Shown here in pieces: positions 40,166-49,525 of a stretch of DNA of 64,000 bases; positions within the stretch are counted from its first letter, which is position 1; every line of letters starts with the position of its first letter. A program made the translations under genes and the position numbers. The stretch is from a virus. The stretch is from the IMG/VR virus record IMGVR_UViG_3300050343_000110; one strand, given 5' to 3'. Under the pieces are notes generated by a model. The model was not told the origin of the DNA. It searched no databases and worked only from the letters and a program-made list of their open reading frames with translations.

Positions 40166-41028
40166 ATGATATTAATTGATATGAACCAAGTATGCATCAG
40201 TAATCTAATGATGCAGATAGGTTCTAAAAGACAAAATGATGTAGATGAAAGCCTGGTTCGTCATATGGTTCTCAACTCACTTAGAATGTATCGTTCTAGG
40301 TTTGGTGAAAAGTATGGCGAACTTGTTCTTTGTTATGATAGCAAAAAGTATTGGAGAAGAGAATACTTCCCTAACTATAAGTCTAATCGTAAGAAGGACA
40401 GAGAGGCATCTGGACTAGATTGGAATCTAATCTTTGAAACACTGAATAACATTCGTGATGAGATTCGTGACAACTTTCCATATAAAGTAATAGAGGTAGA
40501 AGGTGCAGAGGCTGATGATTGTATTGCTACAATAGTTGATTATGTTTCTAAAACACCTACTGCATATGAAAAGGTTCTTATCCTATCTGGTGATAAAGAT
40601 TTTATTCAGTTGCAAAAACACAACTTTGTAAAGCAATTTTCACCTGTTTTAAAGAAGTTTGTAGACGGACAAGACCCTCACCTATATATTAGAGAACATA
40701 TATTGAAGGGGGATAGGAGTGACGGTGTACCTAACTTCTTATCTGCTGACGATACATTTGTAAACGAGTTGCGACAGAAACCACTGGCCAAGAAGAAAAT
40801 CTCTACATGGGTTGAACTTGAACCAGAGGATTTTTGTACAGAAGAAATGATGAGGAATTATCAACGCAACAAAACATTAATTGATTTGGAATGTATTCCT
40901 AGTGTTTTGAAAGAGAAGATACTAATAGATTATCTGAAATCACCAATTGGTGATAGATCTCAAAACTACTGAGTTATTTCATATCAAAAAGATTGAAGAA
41001 TCTTATGAACGATATTGGAGACTTTTAA
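40166..41028 (+). CDS. rnh: T4-type RNase H / 5'-3' exonuclease (frameshift near 40956)
   Basis: ILIDMNQ, YWRR..FP.YK.NR, EADD, SGDKDFIQL, GDRSDG.PN. Confidence 0.95.
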
Positions 41029-41029
41029 T

Positions 41030-41483
41030 ATGAGTAGAACGCATACACCTCTACTTTCTGAGGTACTAAAGAAAGTGCATAACGCAAAAACTAAGGATAA
41101 GAAGATTTCTATCCTAAGAGAGAACGACAGTGACCCTCTTAGAATGGTTATTAAATCTTCTTTCGACCCCTAACATCGAATGGGTATTCCCAGAAGGTGA
41201 AGTTCCTTACAAAAAGAACGATGTTCCAGAGGGAACAGAACATACTGTTCTGAGAAAAGAATGCAGAAAACTGTTTAGATTCATCAAAGGGGGTGACAAT
41301 ACCATACCACAGTTTCGCAAAGAAAATCTTTTCATTCAAATGTTGGAAGGGTTACACGAATCTGAGGCTCAACTTATTATTGATGCCAAGGATAAAAAAC
41401 TGCATCAGGTTTACAAAGGACTATCTGATAATGTAGTTAAAGAAGCATTTGGTTGGAATGACCAATATATCAAGGAAACCTAA
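41030..41483 (+). CDS. Conserved T4-like hypothetical protein (frameshift near 41165)
   Basis: SEVLKKV..K..K..L...FDP.I.W..PEG.VPY...FIQMLEGLH. Confidence 0.7.
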
Positions 41484-41484
41484 T

Positions 41485-41995
41485 ATGAAAGAAAATTATC
41501 AAAATTGTTTGGAGATTATTCTCCATCACGAAGGCGGTTATGTAAATCATCCAAAAGACCCCTGGCGGCGAAACTAACCTTGGTGTAACCAAAAGGGTTT
41601 ATGAAGAATGGGGTGGAACTAAAGAGATGAAAGATTTAGAAGTCTCTGATGTTGCTCCTATCTATGAGAAAAACTATTGGGGGCGACTAAAATGTGACGA
41701 TATCCCATCTGGGCTTGACCTCTGCGTATTCGATTTCGGAGTAAACGCTGGTACAGGACGTAGTGCAAAGTATTTGCAGACAATGATTGGAACAGTTGCA
41801 GATGGTGGCATCGGCCCAAATACACTAAGAACACTTGGTGAGTATATTGATGAACATGGTCTTGAAACAACTATTAAGAACTTTCAAGAAGCCCGTCAGT
41901 CATACTATGAGAAACTATCTACCTTTGAGACATTCGGTAGAGGGTGGACTCGTAGGGTTCTAGAAACTACATCTTCTGCTCTAAAAATGTCTTGA
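41485..41995 (+). CDS. Glycoside hydrolase family 108 lysozyme / endolysin (frameshift near 41557)
   Basis: HEGGYVNHPKDPGGETNLG, FDFGVNAG, DG.IGP.T, FGRGW.RRV. Confidence 0.9.
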
Positions 41996-42024
41996 CAAAA
42001 CGCCCAGTTTTTAGTATTATATAA

Positions 42025-42111
42025 CAGTTGGGGGTTGTTGAACTCTTCTCTCTCAAACTCTCTCACTCCCCCCAACATAGAAATCCCCTGAGAAATCAGG
42101 GGATTTTTTTT
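42025..42111 (+). ncRNA. Candidate CU-rich small RNA
   Basis: Promoter TTGACA..TATTAT (41992-42020), stem GTTGGGGG/CCCCCAAC around a pyrimidine loop, terminator 42081-42111, no ORF. Confidence 0.55.
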
Positions 42112-42183
42112 GATTTTTCTCTTGACATTTGTTATTAAAGCAAGTATAATAGCTATATAAGATAAAGAAAGGAATTTATTATT

Positions 42184-42447
42184 ATGATTAAAAATTTGAA
42201 TATACCAGAAACTTGTGGATGGCTGGGAATGATTCTCATCCACGGAGCAACTGCTCCAACATCAATCTCTGTTCTAATGGGATGGTCAACTAACTTGCCA
42301 CCATTGAACTTCATACTATTAGTATGGTTAGGATTGTTCTTGTTTCTGGTTAGAGCGATATACGCTAAAGATACTTTGTACATTGTATCTAATGCGATTG
42401 GATTTGCCTTGAATACCTTGTTGTTAAGTTTGATTGCATTTAATTAA
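42184..42447 (+). CDS. Three-TM PQ-loop/SemiSWEET-like membrane protein
   Basis: GWLG..L....P and YIVSNAIGF pattern. Confidence 0.5.
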   Translation: MIKNLNIPETCGWLGMILIHGATAPTSISVLMGWSTNLPPLNFILLVWLGLFLFLVRAIYAKDTLYIVSNAIGFALNTLLLSLIAFN

Positions 42448-42509
42448 AAAGACTTGACTTGTTATGAAAACAATGGTATGATCTATATAGAAAGTGAGAA
42501 GTGATTCGT

Positions 42510-42923
42510 ATGAATTATATTGAAGTTATCGGTGGAAACAAGTTTCAGAAACATACTGCTGAAGTAGTTGTTGGACAGATGATTCAAGCTCTTATGCCTA
42601 GAATGAGAACATTAGAGATTACAGTCAACATCAAAAAACTGACAGGTGATGCTGTTGGTTGGTGTATGATGGAAGATACTAATCGTGAATTTACGATTGA
42701 CGTTCATAACAAACTGACACTGAAAGATTTTGTGACTACTATCTGTCACGAGATGGTTCATGTTAAACAGTACGCCCGTAAAGAGACTTGTGGTTATGGT
42801 AAGAAGTGGAAGGGTAAGAAGATTGCCCCTAAGACTGCTTACTATGATTTACCTTGGGAAAAGGAAGCGTACAAACTGCAAGACAATCTTGCACAACTAG
42901 TATGGGATGCAGATGTACTCTAA
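42510..42923 (+). CDS. Zinc metallopeptidase-like protein (HExxH)
   Basis: TICHEMVHVKQ...Y..PWEKEA. Confidence 0.75.
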   Translation: MNYIEVIGGNKFQKHTAEVVVGQMIQALMPRMRTLEITVNIKKLTGDAVGWCMMEDTNREFTIDVHNKLTLKDFVTTICHEMVHVKQYARKETCGYGKKWKGKKIAPKTAYYDLPWEKEAYKLQDNLAQLVWDADVL

Positions 42924-43173
42924 AGAAATAAGAAATAGGATTAAGTTATCAATAGCCGCATATGCATATGAGTTTGAAGATGATGCCATCATGTCAGACC
43001 ATCAGTTTGATGAATTGAGTTTGAAGATAAACCCAGAAGAAAAAACTGGAAATGATTTGATGGATAGGTTCTTTAAGAATCATTTTGAAGCACATACAGG
43101 AATGTGGATTAGAAAACATCCAGAGATAGGTAAATTAGCAACAATCTACAAAAAATACTATAAAACTACTTGA
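42907..43173 (+). CDS. Stand-alone NAD-dependent ligase domain Ia-like protein
   Basis: AYAYE..D.IMSD..FDEL resembles the LigA YY..D.P.I.D.EYD.L motif. Confidence 0.5.
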   Translation: MQMYSKEIRNRIKLSIAAYAYEFEDDAIMSDHQFDELSLKINPEEKTGNDLMDRFFKNHFEAHTGMWIRKHPEIGKLATIYKKYYKTT

Positions 43174-43230
43174 CAGTGTGTTGACTGTCTGTTATAGTAG
43201 CTATGTAAGATGAAAAGAGAGGAATAAATT

Positions 43231-43440
43231 ATGGGTAAATTAAAAGGTTACATTATGGACATTGAAGAGGATGTCTATGCAATTGAAGGTTTGGAAGAGA
43301 AGATTTCTGAATCAGAAGATATTTCAGAGGTGCAGACTTTTGTAGTTGATGCACTTCAATTGAAAACCTCATTTGACATTGAGATTGCCAAGGATGCAGT
43401 CTCTAGTATGTGGAATGAAGGTTGGGCATATTATCAGTAA
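43231..43440 (+). CDS. Early acidic hypothetical protein
   Basis: After promoter at 43170; MGKLKGYIMDIEE. Confidence 0.6.
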   Translation: MGKLKGYIMDIEEDVYAIEGLEEKISESEDISEVQTFVVDALQLKTSFDIEIAKDAVSSMWNEGWAYYQ

Positions 43441-43456
43441 GAGAGAGGATTATATT

Positions 43457-43747
43457 ATGACACAAGTTGCAGTTATTCATACAGCATTTGAAGATACCCC
43501 ACGAACAGTTGCGTTTGTTGAAGTGGGTGAACGAGTTGGTACAGAGGCTCTTGAGTATGCGTACCGTTGGACACAGAATATCTTTGACAGTTGGTCATTG
43601 AAGATGCCAGAAGATGGTAATAAGGATGTCACTGTTATGGGTGAGATTGTCGATGGAATGGGAATTCGTTCTACATCAGTCGGCGATCAGATATTGTTTG
43701 GAACTACAAAGTATAAAGTTGCTCCCTGTGGTTTTGAAAAGGTTTAG
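43457..43747 (+). CDS. Hypothetical protein
   Basis: ALEYAYR.TQNI..SW, RSTSVGD. Confidence 0.65.
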   Translation: MTQVAVIHTAFEDTPRTVAFVEVGERVGTEALEYAYRWTQNIFDSWSLKMPEDGNKDVTVMGEIVDGMGIRSTSVGDQILFGTTKYKVAPCGFEKV

Positions 43748-43869
43748 TTCATTATTGATTATATTTGCACTATCTGGTTGTGTATCTACGCCCGAGTTGG
43801 TGATTGAAATTTACCAGAAGTGTAAATATAGGAATGATTGTATTGGTGATAGAATAGGAGAAATGTTTA

Positions 43870-44514
43870 ATGTTGGGTAAAACTACAACAGCTCTTCTTA
43901 TCGCATCTCTTAGTGGTTGCCATCCAGCGTTTGCAGAAGCACCTTGTGAGTACGATAAGACAGTAGAGACTAATTGGACACAACAAATCGAAAAGACTTC
44001 TAATATAGACAAGAAGGTTTTTCCATATGTTGACGATACCAGAAAATGCGTTATGACTATGGATGTAACGATTGAAGGTACTACATATCCCACTGGAGGT
44101 AACTATGTTTTCGGGCCTGACATGACAGAAAATGACGCCTGTGAACAAGCGACTATCAAGGCAAAGAAAAAGGTAATCGGTGAGGTTTCACCAGAAGTTT
44201 TGACAGCAAGAACAGAGATGAACTGTTCTACTAAAGAAGAGTTGCCTGTCCATGCTGCAGCCCCACAACCAGAGGTGACTATTACTGAGAGTTCGCCTGT
44301 AGTTACAGAACGTATCATTACTGAACCAGTGGTTACTGAAAGAATTATTTCTAGAAAAGTTATTGACGTAACGCCATCTAATGTGGTACAGTATATACCA
44401 AATAGTAATCAAGGCTTTACTATTGGAGGCATAACACTCTCTTTCGACCCACACAGAAATAAGCGTGGTAAGTGTTATGCGAACTGGCAAACAGGTGGAA
44501 CGGACTGTTACTAA
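43870..44514 (+). CDS. Exported Cys-containing hypothetical protein
   Basis: Signal peptide ending AFA; short duplicated PVVTERII. Confidence 0.6.
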   Translation: MLGKTTTALLIASLSGCHPAFAEAPCEYDKTVETNWTQQIEKTSNIDKKVFPYVDDTRKCVMTMDVTIEGTTYPTGGNYVFGPDMTENDACEQATIKAKKKVIGEVSPEVLTARTEMNCSTKEELPVHAAAPQPEVTITESSPVVTERIITEPVVTERIISRKVIDVTPSNVVQYIPNSNQGFTIGGITLSFDPHRNKRGKCYANWQTGGTDCY

Positions 44515-44651
44515 TGTTAAAGTTGATTGTAGGAATTATATTGGGTATTGTTCTAATAACATACTACCCACAAATCGGTTCAGTATTAGGTGACTTGTTC
44601 ACTGAATCTGGAATGCGTGATGATCTAGTGAAACTTTTAGAAGGGATATAA
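44514..44651 (+). CDS. Small single-TM protein
   Basis: MLKLIVGIILGIVLITYYP; TAATG coupling. Confidence 0.55.
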   Translation: MLKLIVGIILGIVLITYYPQIGSVLGDLFTESGMRDDLVKLLEGI

Positions 44652-44652
44652 C

Positions 44653-45315
44653 ATGAATAAGATCATATTAGTTGGATGCACAGCACTACTTGGGGCTTGT
44701 AGTTCAACAAAAACTGTGGAGACATTGACAAATGTACCACCACAAAGTATCGTTGCCAAAGAGGTATACGAATACAAGGCACAGGCCGTAGTCGATCAGA
44801 TTGAGGTTATGCCTAAGTGGTTCTTGAAACCACCAACTAGTGAGACTGCAATCTATTCTGTAGGAACTGCTGTCACACCAGACTTGCAATTGACTGTAGA
44901 TATTGCAGTGTTGAATGCAAAGACAACTCTTGCAGACAGGATTAATGGTAGGGTTCGTTCTCAAACCAAAAGTTTTGTTGCAAAGATTGGTTCAGAAGAA
45001 ACAGATACTTCTATTCTATCAGAAGTAGAGAAGGCAACTAAAAACATCATTGCAGATGTAGATGTTGCTGGTTACAAAGTTTCTGAGAGTTCAGTGGTTG
45101 CTAATGGTACACAGTATCGTGCATATGTTTTATTGGAGTATTCAGACAAAGAGGCGAATAAGATTATTATGAACCGTCTGCGTAAGGATAGGATACTCTT
45201 ATCAAAGATACGTTCAACCAAGGCTTGGAAAGAACTTGATGAGTCTGTGAACAATCAACATGAAATGGATTCGGAAGAATCGCTAACTAATATGGAGATA
45301 CTTACAAGTGATTAA
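44653..45315 (+). CDS. LPP20-like lipoprotein
   Basis: Lipobox LGAC; P.WF, A..NAK..LA. Confidence 0.75.
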   Translation: MNKIILVGCTALLGACSSTKTVETLTNVPPQSIVAKEVYEYKAQAVVDQIEVMPKWFLKPPTSETAIYSVGTAVTPDLQLTVDIAVLNAKTTLADRINGRVRSQTKSFVAKIGSEETDTSILSEVEKATKNIIADVDVAGYKVSESSVVANGTQYRAYVLLEYSDKEANKIIMNRLRKDRILLSKIRSTKAWKELDESVNNQHEMDSEESLTNMEILTSD

Positions 45316-45841
45316 AGAATTGATGCTGTCTTTCCTATCTATCGCCGCAGAACCATCCTTTGCAGATGATGTGACGATACCACAAATGGAAAATTTCGCT
45401 GTCGAAGAGGCGATTTGTCTCGCCGACAACGTGTACCATGAAGCACGAAACCAACCAACTGCTGGACAGATGGCGGTTATATCAGTAACGATAAATCGTG
45501 TAAATGACCCTCGTTTTCCAAACACTATTTGTGGTGTAGTAAAGGAAGGGCCGCATCGTCCAACTTGGAAGGGTACTGGCGAAATGATACCTGTAAGGCA
45601 TCGTTGTCAGTTCTCTTGGTATTGTGATGGTAAATCTGATAAGATATATGATACAGAAACTTGGAATCACATATATCTGTTGACAAAGGGTATTGTTTCT
45701 GATACACTACAAATACTGGATATTACAGAGGGTGCAACACACTATCATGCAGACTATGTATCACCAGCGTGGGCAAAGACAAAGACTAAAACAATAGAGA
45801 TTGAAGACCATATCTTTTATCGGTGGGAGCGAGTGGAATGA
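45308..45841 (+). CDS. SleB-like cell wall hydrolase (Hydrolase_2)
   Basis: CLA.NVYHEAR, NRV..FP.TIC.VV, CQFSWYCDG, GATHYHA, HIFY. Confidence 0.92.
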   Translation: MIKELMLSFLSIAAEPSFADDVTIPQMENFAVEEAICLADNVYHEARNQPTAGQMAVISVTINRVNDPRFPNTICGVVKEGPHRPTWKGTGEMIPVRHRCQFSWYCDGKSDKIYDTETWNHIYLLTKGIVSDTLQILDITEGATHYHADYVSPAWAKTKTKTIEIEDHIFYRWERVE

Positions 45842-46408
45842 ATTTATTTTGGTTAGATGAAGACCCCTTTCAAGTCTATTGAATACCATTGTGACAAACA
45901 TATTGTAAAGATGCCAACAGAGTACAAACAAATGCTCTGTACGGCACATCGTGTTTTGGACGGCACAGAGTATATTGATAGAACTAAAAATGGTGCAAGA
46001 ATCAAACGATGGAAACACCCAGACAGAAAGATGGAGAAAATCTTATTCAAGGCTTCTCATGTCAATCATCCTACTAACAAGTGGGTTCGTCTGTGTCGTG
46101 AGAACTATTCTATGATGTTTACTTACTACATATTATGTTGTAATGAGTACGAACATCGCTACAATAAAATACATGGTGCAAAAGATTATTGGGATATGTT
46201 GCGTGAGCCACCAAAGAATATGCCATCTAGTATTATGGGGCATACACCTGTACCACAGGCAATGAAACAGTTTCCTGAGTGTATGGTAAAGGATGATAGT
46301 GTTCAAGCATATCGTAACTTTTACAATGTTGCCAAGAAGCGTTTTGCTACTTGGAAAGAAAGAGAAAGGCCTTATTGGTATGACAGTACAAAATTACGAG
46401 TTGCCTGA
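45838..46408 (+). CDS. Pyrimidine-dimer DNA glycosylase (DenV-like family; frameshift near 45862)
   Basis: MNLFWLDEDP..HCDKHIVKM.E..QML.TAH, H.NHP..W, PQAM, AYR.FY. Confidence 0.75.
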
Positions 46409-46550
46409 TTTGAGGGCAAAGATTGGTGCATTACAAACTGAAAACAATCTTCTAAGAGAAGATTTAAAGGATATGACAGCCTCTTACTATGGACTCCTAA
46501 ATAGGATCAAAGAACTAAGTGAAGAGAAAATAGATAATGCCGACATATAG
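46380..46550 (+). CDS. Small coiled-coil protein
   Basis: Heptad pattern; fills the gap between neighbours. Confidence 0.45.
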   Translation: MTVQNYELPDLRAKIGALQTENNLLREDLKDMTASYYGLLNRIKELSEEKIDNADI

Positions 46551-46845
46551 ATTTAAAAATGATGAGACAGGTGAGGAGTTTGATGATTTTATCAGCAACT
46601 CTCGTAGAGAAGAACTCTTAAAAAAGAATCCTCATATATCTCAACTACCAACACCATTTGGAATTGTTTCAACAACAGGTTCAATTGATAGTAAAACTGA
46701 CGGTGGTTGGAAAGAGGTTCTTAATAAAGTTACAGATGCCCACCCAGATAGTCCACTTGCAGATAGGTATGCAAAAAAGTCTATTAAGGATGTTAAGACT
46801 AAACAGGTGGTAGACAAACATCGACATAAGTGGAGAAGCAATTAA
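46537..46845 (+). CDS. Conserved T4-like protein (FmdB-like N-terminus without Cys)
   Basis: MPTY.F...TGE, GWKEVL.KV..HP. Confidence 0.65.
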   Translation: MPTYRFKNDETGEEFDDFISNSRREELLKKNPHISQLPTPFGIVSTTGSIDSKTDGGWKEVLNKVTDAHPDSPLADRYAKKSIKDVKTKQVVDKHRHKWRSN

Positions 46846-47546
46846 TGGCAAAAGCAAAAGACATTCGTATTGATGATATGGTAACAGTTAGTTCTGTTAC
46901 TGATAATCAAAAACGTGCCTTTCAAGAATATAAGAACGATAAGAATCTTTTCTTGTACGGTGCGGCTGGTACAGGTAAAACATTTATTACGTTATATCTT
47001 GCATTGCAAGAAGTGTTGAGAAACGAAACAAAGTTTGATTGTGTTTATATTGTTCGTAGTGCAGTTCCAACTCGTGAGATTGGGTTCTTGCCAGGCGATG
47101 AAGAAGATAAGACAGCGTTGTTCCAAGTTCCTTACCAGAATATGGTAAAGTTCATGTTTGAACAACCGAATGAACAGGCCTTCAGTATGTTGTATGACAG
47201 ACTAAAGAATCAAGGTTCGTTAATGTTCTTGACAACTTCCTTCTTGCGTGGTATAACATTAGATAATGCAATCATCATTGTGGATGAGGCACAGAACTTG
47301 ACGTTCCATGAACTGGATACAATCATTACTCGTGTGGGTATGGATTCAAAAATTATGTTCTGTGGTGATTTCTTTCAAAGTGATTTGCAGAAGAATATTG
47401 ATAAGGCCGGAATGCAACACTTTATGAAAATTCTAAGAGGTATGGACTCTTTTGCAAATATCGAATTTACACTTGGTGATATTGTTCGTTCTGGTATGGT
47501 TAAAGAATACCTTATCAGTAAGATTAAAACAGAAGGTGATGAATAA
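46845..47546 (+). CDS. phoH: PhoH-family ATPase
   Basis: GAAGTGKT, IGFLPG, FLRG.T, DEAQN, GD..QSDL, DIVRS. Confidence 0.95.
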   Translation: MAKAKDIRIDDMVTVSSVTDNQKRAFQEYKNDKNLFLYGAAGTGKTFITLYLALQEVLRNETKFDCVYIVRSAVPTREIGFLPGDEEDKTALFQVPYQNMVKFMFEQPNEQAFSMLYDRLKNQGSLMFLTTSFLRGITLDNAIIIVDEAQNLTFHELDTIITRVGMDSKIMFCGDFFQSDLQKNIDKAGMQHFMKILRGMDSFANIEFTLGDIVRSGMVKEYLISKIKTEGDE

Positions 47547-47794
47547 TGGGTAAGAAGAAGTCAAGAAGCACACAAACTTCTAAAGGTGAACGTAGATGTG
47601 TTGCACGAGATATTGTCAAAGCAACTCGCAGAGACTATATGCAGAGCAGTGAGAGGATTACAAATCAACTCTCTGCATTTCTAAGGGGCAAGAATGTCAT
47701 GTTGACTATTCCTAATCCAAACAAGAACGAAACGAACAAGAGAATGATTCGTGTTCCAGCCACTGACCAGTGGCGCCGTGGTGGTAAAAAGTAA
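47546..47794 (+). CDS. Basic hypothetical protein
   Basis: SKGERR, TIPNPNKNETNK..IRV. Confidence 0.65.
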   Translation: MGKKKSRSTQTSKGERRCVARDIVKATRRDYMQSSERITNQLSAFLRGKNVMLTIPNPNKNETNKRMIRVPATDQWRRGGKK

Positions 47795-47814
47795 ATACTA
47801 AAGGAGTATAGATT

Positions 47815-48039
47815 ATGGAAATACTAGCAATTATTGCTGCATTGGGTGTAGGCGCACATTATCTTAATAAAGAAGATGTGCCAGATAATGTAGTTCACAG
47901 TTCGCAGAATACACAGGAAATTGCAAATTTTGGAACTAACGATGTCAGTCTTGCACAGATTGATTGGAGCAAAGCAGGCAACTTTCGTGTAGGTGATTCG
48001 AGTGAGAATGGCGTACAGTGGGTTTTTATTACTAACTAA
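47815..48039 (+). CDS. Small membrane-anchored protein
   Basis: AAGGAG RBS; N-terminal TM. Confidence 0.6.
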   Translation: MEILAIIAALGVGAHYLNKEDVPDNVVHSSQNTQEIANFGTNDVSLAQIDWSKAGNFRVGDSSENGVQWVFITN

Positions 48040-48054
48040 TACAAGGACTATATT

Positions 48055-48768
48055 ATGTTTAATCATGTACCAGTAGATATCCCAGAGGTATCAACTAAAA
48101 CTATCAAGCGTAAGCGTTTCTATGATACGCCTACAGGGTTCTATCCCTCTATTACAACCGTATTAGGTGTTCGTAAAGAGAAACAACAAGGACTTGCAAA
48201 GTGGCGTGAACGTGTAGGTAACGATGTTGCCAATCACATCATGCGAACTGCCGCAGGCCGTGGAACTGCTGTTCACCATATGTGTGAAGATTTCCTTAAC
48301 AACAAAGAGGTTATTCAAGAAGAACAGAAGTTCTTGCCTTGGTGTTTGTTCTCTCAACTAAAACCCACTCTGACAAAAAGTATAAATAATATTTTCGCAC
48401 AAGAATGTGGACTATGGAGTGAGAAGTATAGACTCGCTGGTAGAGTCGATTGCATTGCTGAATGGAACGGTGTTCCTTCTATTATTGACTTTAAGACTTC
48501 ACGTTCTGAAAGAAAAGATGACTATAATTTTGAATATTATATGCAGGCATCAGCCTATGCAGAAATGTTTGAAGAACGAACAGGAATTGAAATCAATCAG
48601 ATTGTAATTCTTGTTGTAACAGAAGATGGACTAGTTCAAGAGTTTGTTAAAGAGAAGCACGAATATCTGCAACCTCTTATTGAAACCATTGATATGTTCA
48701 CTGAACAATGGGAAAAAGAAAATGAAGAGTTGGAAGAAGGCCCTGACGTTATCGGCGCTCCTGTTTAG
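48055..48768 (+). CDS. PD-(D/E)XK exonuclease
   Basis: YPSITTVL, RGT.VH, AGRVDCI, IIDFKTS, Q..AYA. Confidence 0.88.
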   Translation: MFNHVPVDIPEVSTKTIKRKRFYDTPTGFYPSITTVLGVRKEKQQGLAKWRERVGNDVANHIMRTAAGRGTAVHHMCEDFLNNKEVIQEEQKFLPWCLFSQLKPTLTKSINNIFAQECGLWSEKYRLAGRVDCIAEWNGVPSIIDFKTSRSERKDDYNFEYYMQASAYAEMFEERTGIEINQIVILVVTEDGLVQEFVKEKHEYLQPLIETIDMFTEQWEKENEELEEGPDVIGAPV

Positions 48769-49126
48769 TGGGAGTGCTTTGGCTGCGCCAGAGGACTATA
48801 ATACACCAGAACCAGAAACACCACCTCAAGTGTTTCGTTCAGACAAACCAGTAACTTGTACTACTGATTCATATGATGAAGTAAAGCAAAACTTTCTAGA
48901 ATCACATGGTGAAGTTGGTTTTATGAGATACATAAGTGATAGTAAAACTGCTATTGAAATAATTGGTAATGTAGACACAGGAACTATTACTATCTTAGAA
49001 TTTATACCATCAAATAAATATACTTGTTTTATTTCTGTTGGTAGAGGATTAGAGGTAAACAGTAATATTTTTGATAAGGCAAAACAAGGTATTGAAACTA
49101 ACTTACTTAAATCTATTGACTTGTAA
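48722..49126 (+). CDS. Exported hypothetical protein
   Basis: Signal peptide ending ALA; KPVTC...TC...G. Confidence 0.6.
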   Translation: MKSWKKALTLSALLFSGSALAAPEDYNTPEPETPPQVFRSDKPVTCTTDSYDEVKQNFLESHGEVGFMRYISDSKTAIEIIGNVDTGTITILEFIPSNKYTCFISVGRGLEVNSNIFDKAKQGIETNLLKSIDL

Positions 49127-49149
49127 ACACCACTATGGTATAAATATAG

Positions 49150-49508
49150 TACAGTTTGTTGATACAATCTGAAAGCTAGACAGGACTTGGGGGCAGTACC
49201 CAACGCCTCCACCATAATTACTTGAGGACAATATGTTTGATAGACTAACAGAGTTTTTTATAAAACTGTTTAAGATACAAGAAAAGACACCAGTAAGATA
49301 TCTATCTGGTGTTGGTAAATCAAGTAATTATGATGGGGGCGAACTAGGATCGACTGATGGTAATAGGAAAGAGTAGAGCTGTGGGATGGATGCCTAATAA
49401 TCCAAAAAAACTAAACGCAAACGATAACTTTGCACCTCAAGATTTTGCTCTAGCAGCATAATCGGATAGGGTTTCGGTAGGTTTCCTAGTAACAGAATAA
49501 CCTACCAC
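49150..49508 (+). ncRNA. ssrA: Two-piece (circularly permuted) tmRNA, alphaproteobacterial type
   Basis: Acceptor piece ends GGGGCAGTACCC..GCCTCCACCA (49214); the 5' end GGGGGCGAA..GGATCGAC lies downstream (49335); tag ANDNFAPQDFALAA* at 49417-49461; 3' hairpin. Confidence 0.92.
49233..49376 (+). CDS. 47-aa ORF starting in the tmRNA intervening segment
   Basis: GAGGA RBS then MFDRLTEFFIKLFKIQEKTPVRYLSG... Confidence 0.4.
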   Translation: MFDRLTEFFIKLFKIQEKTPVRYLSGVGKSSNYDGGELGSTDGNRKE

Positions 49509-49525
49509 TTAATTATGAAAGCAGG

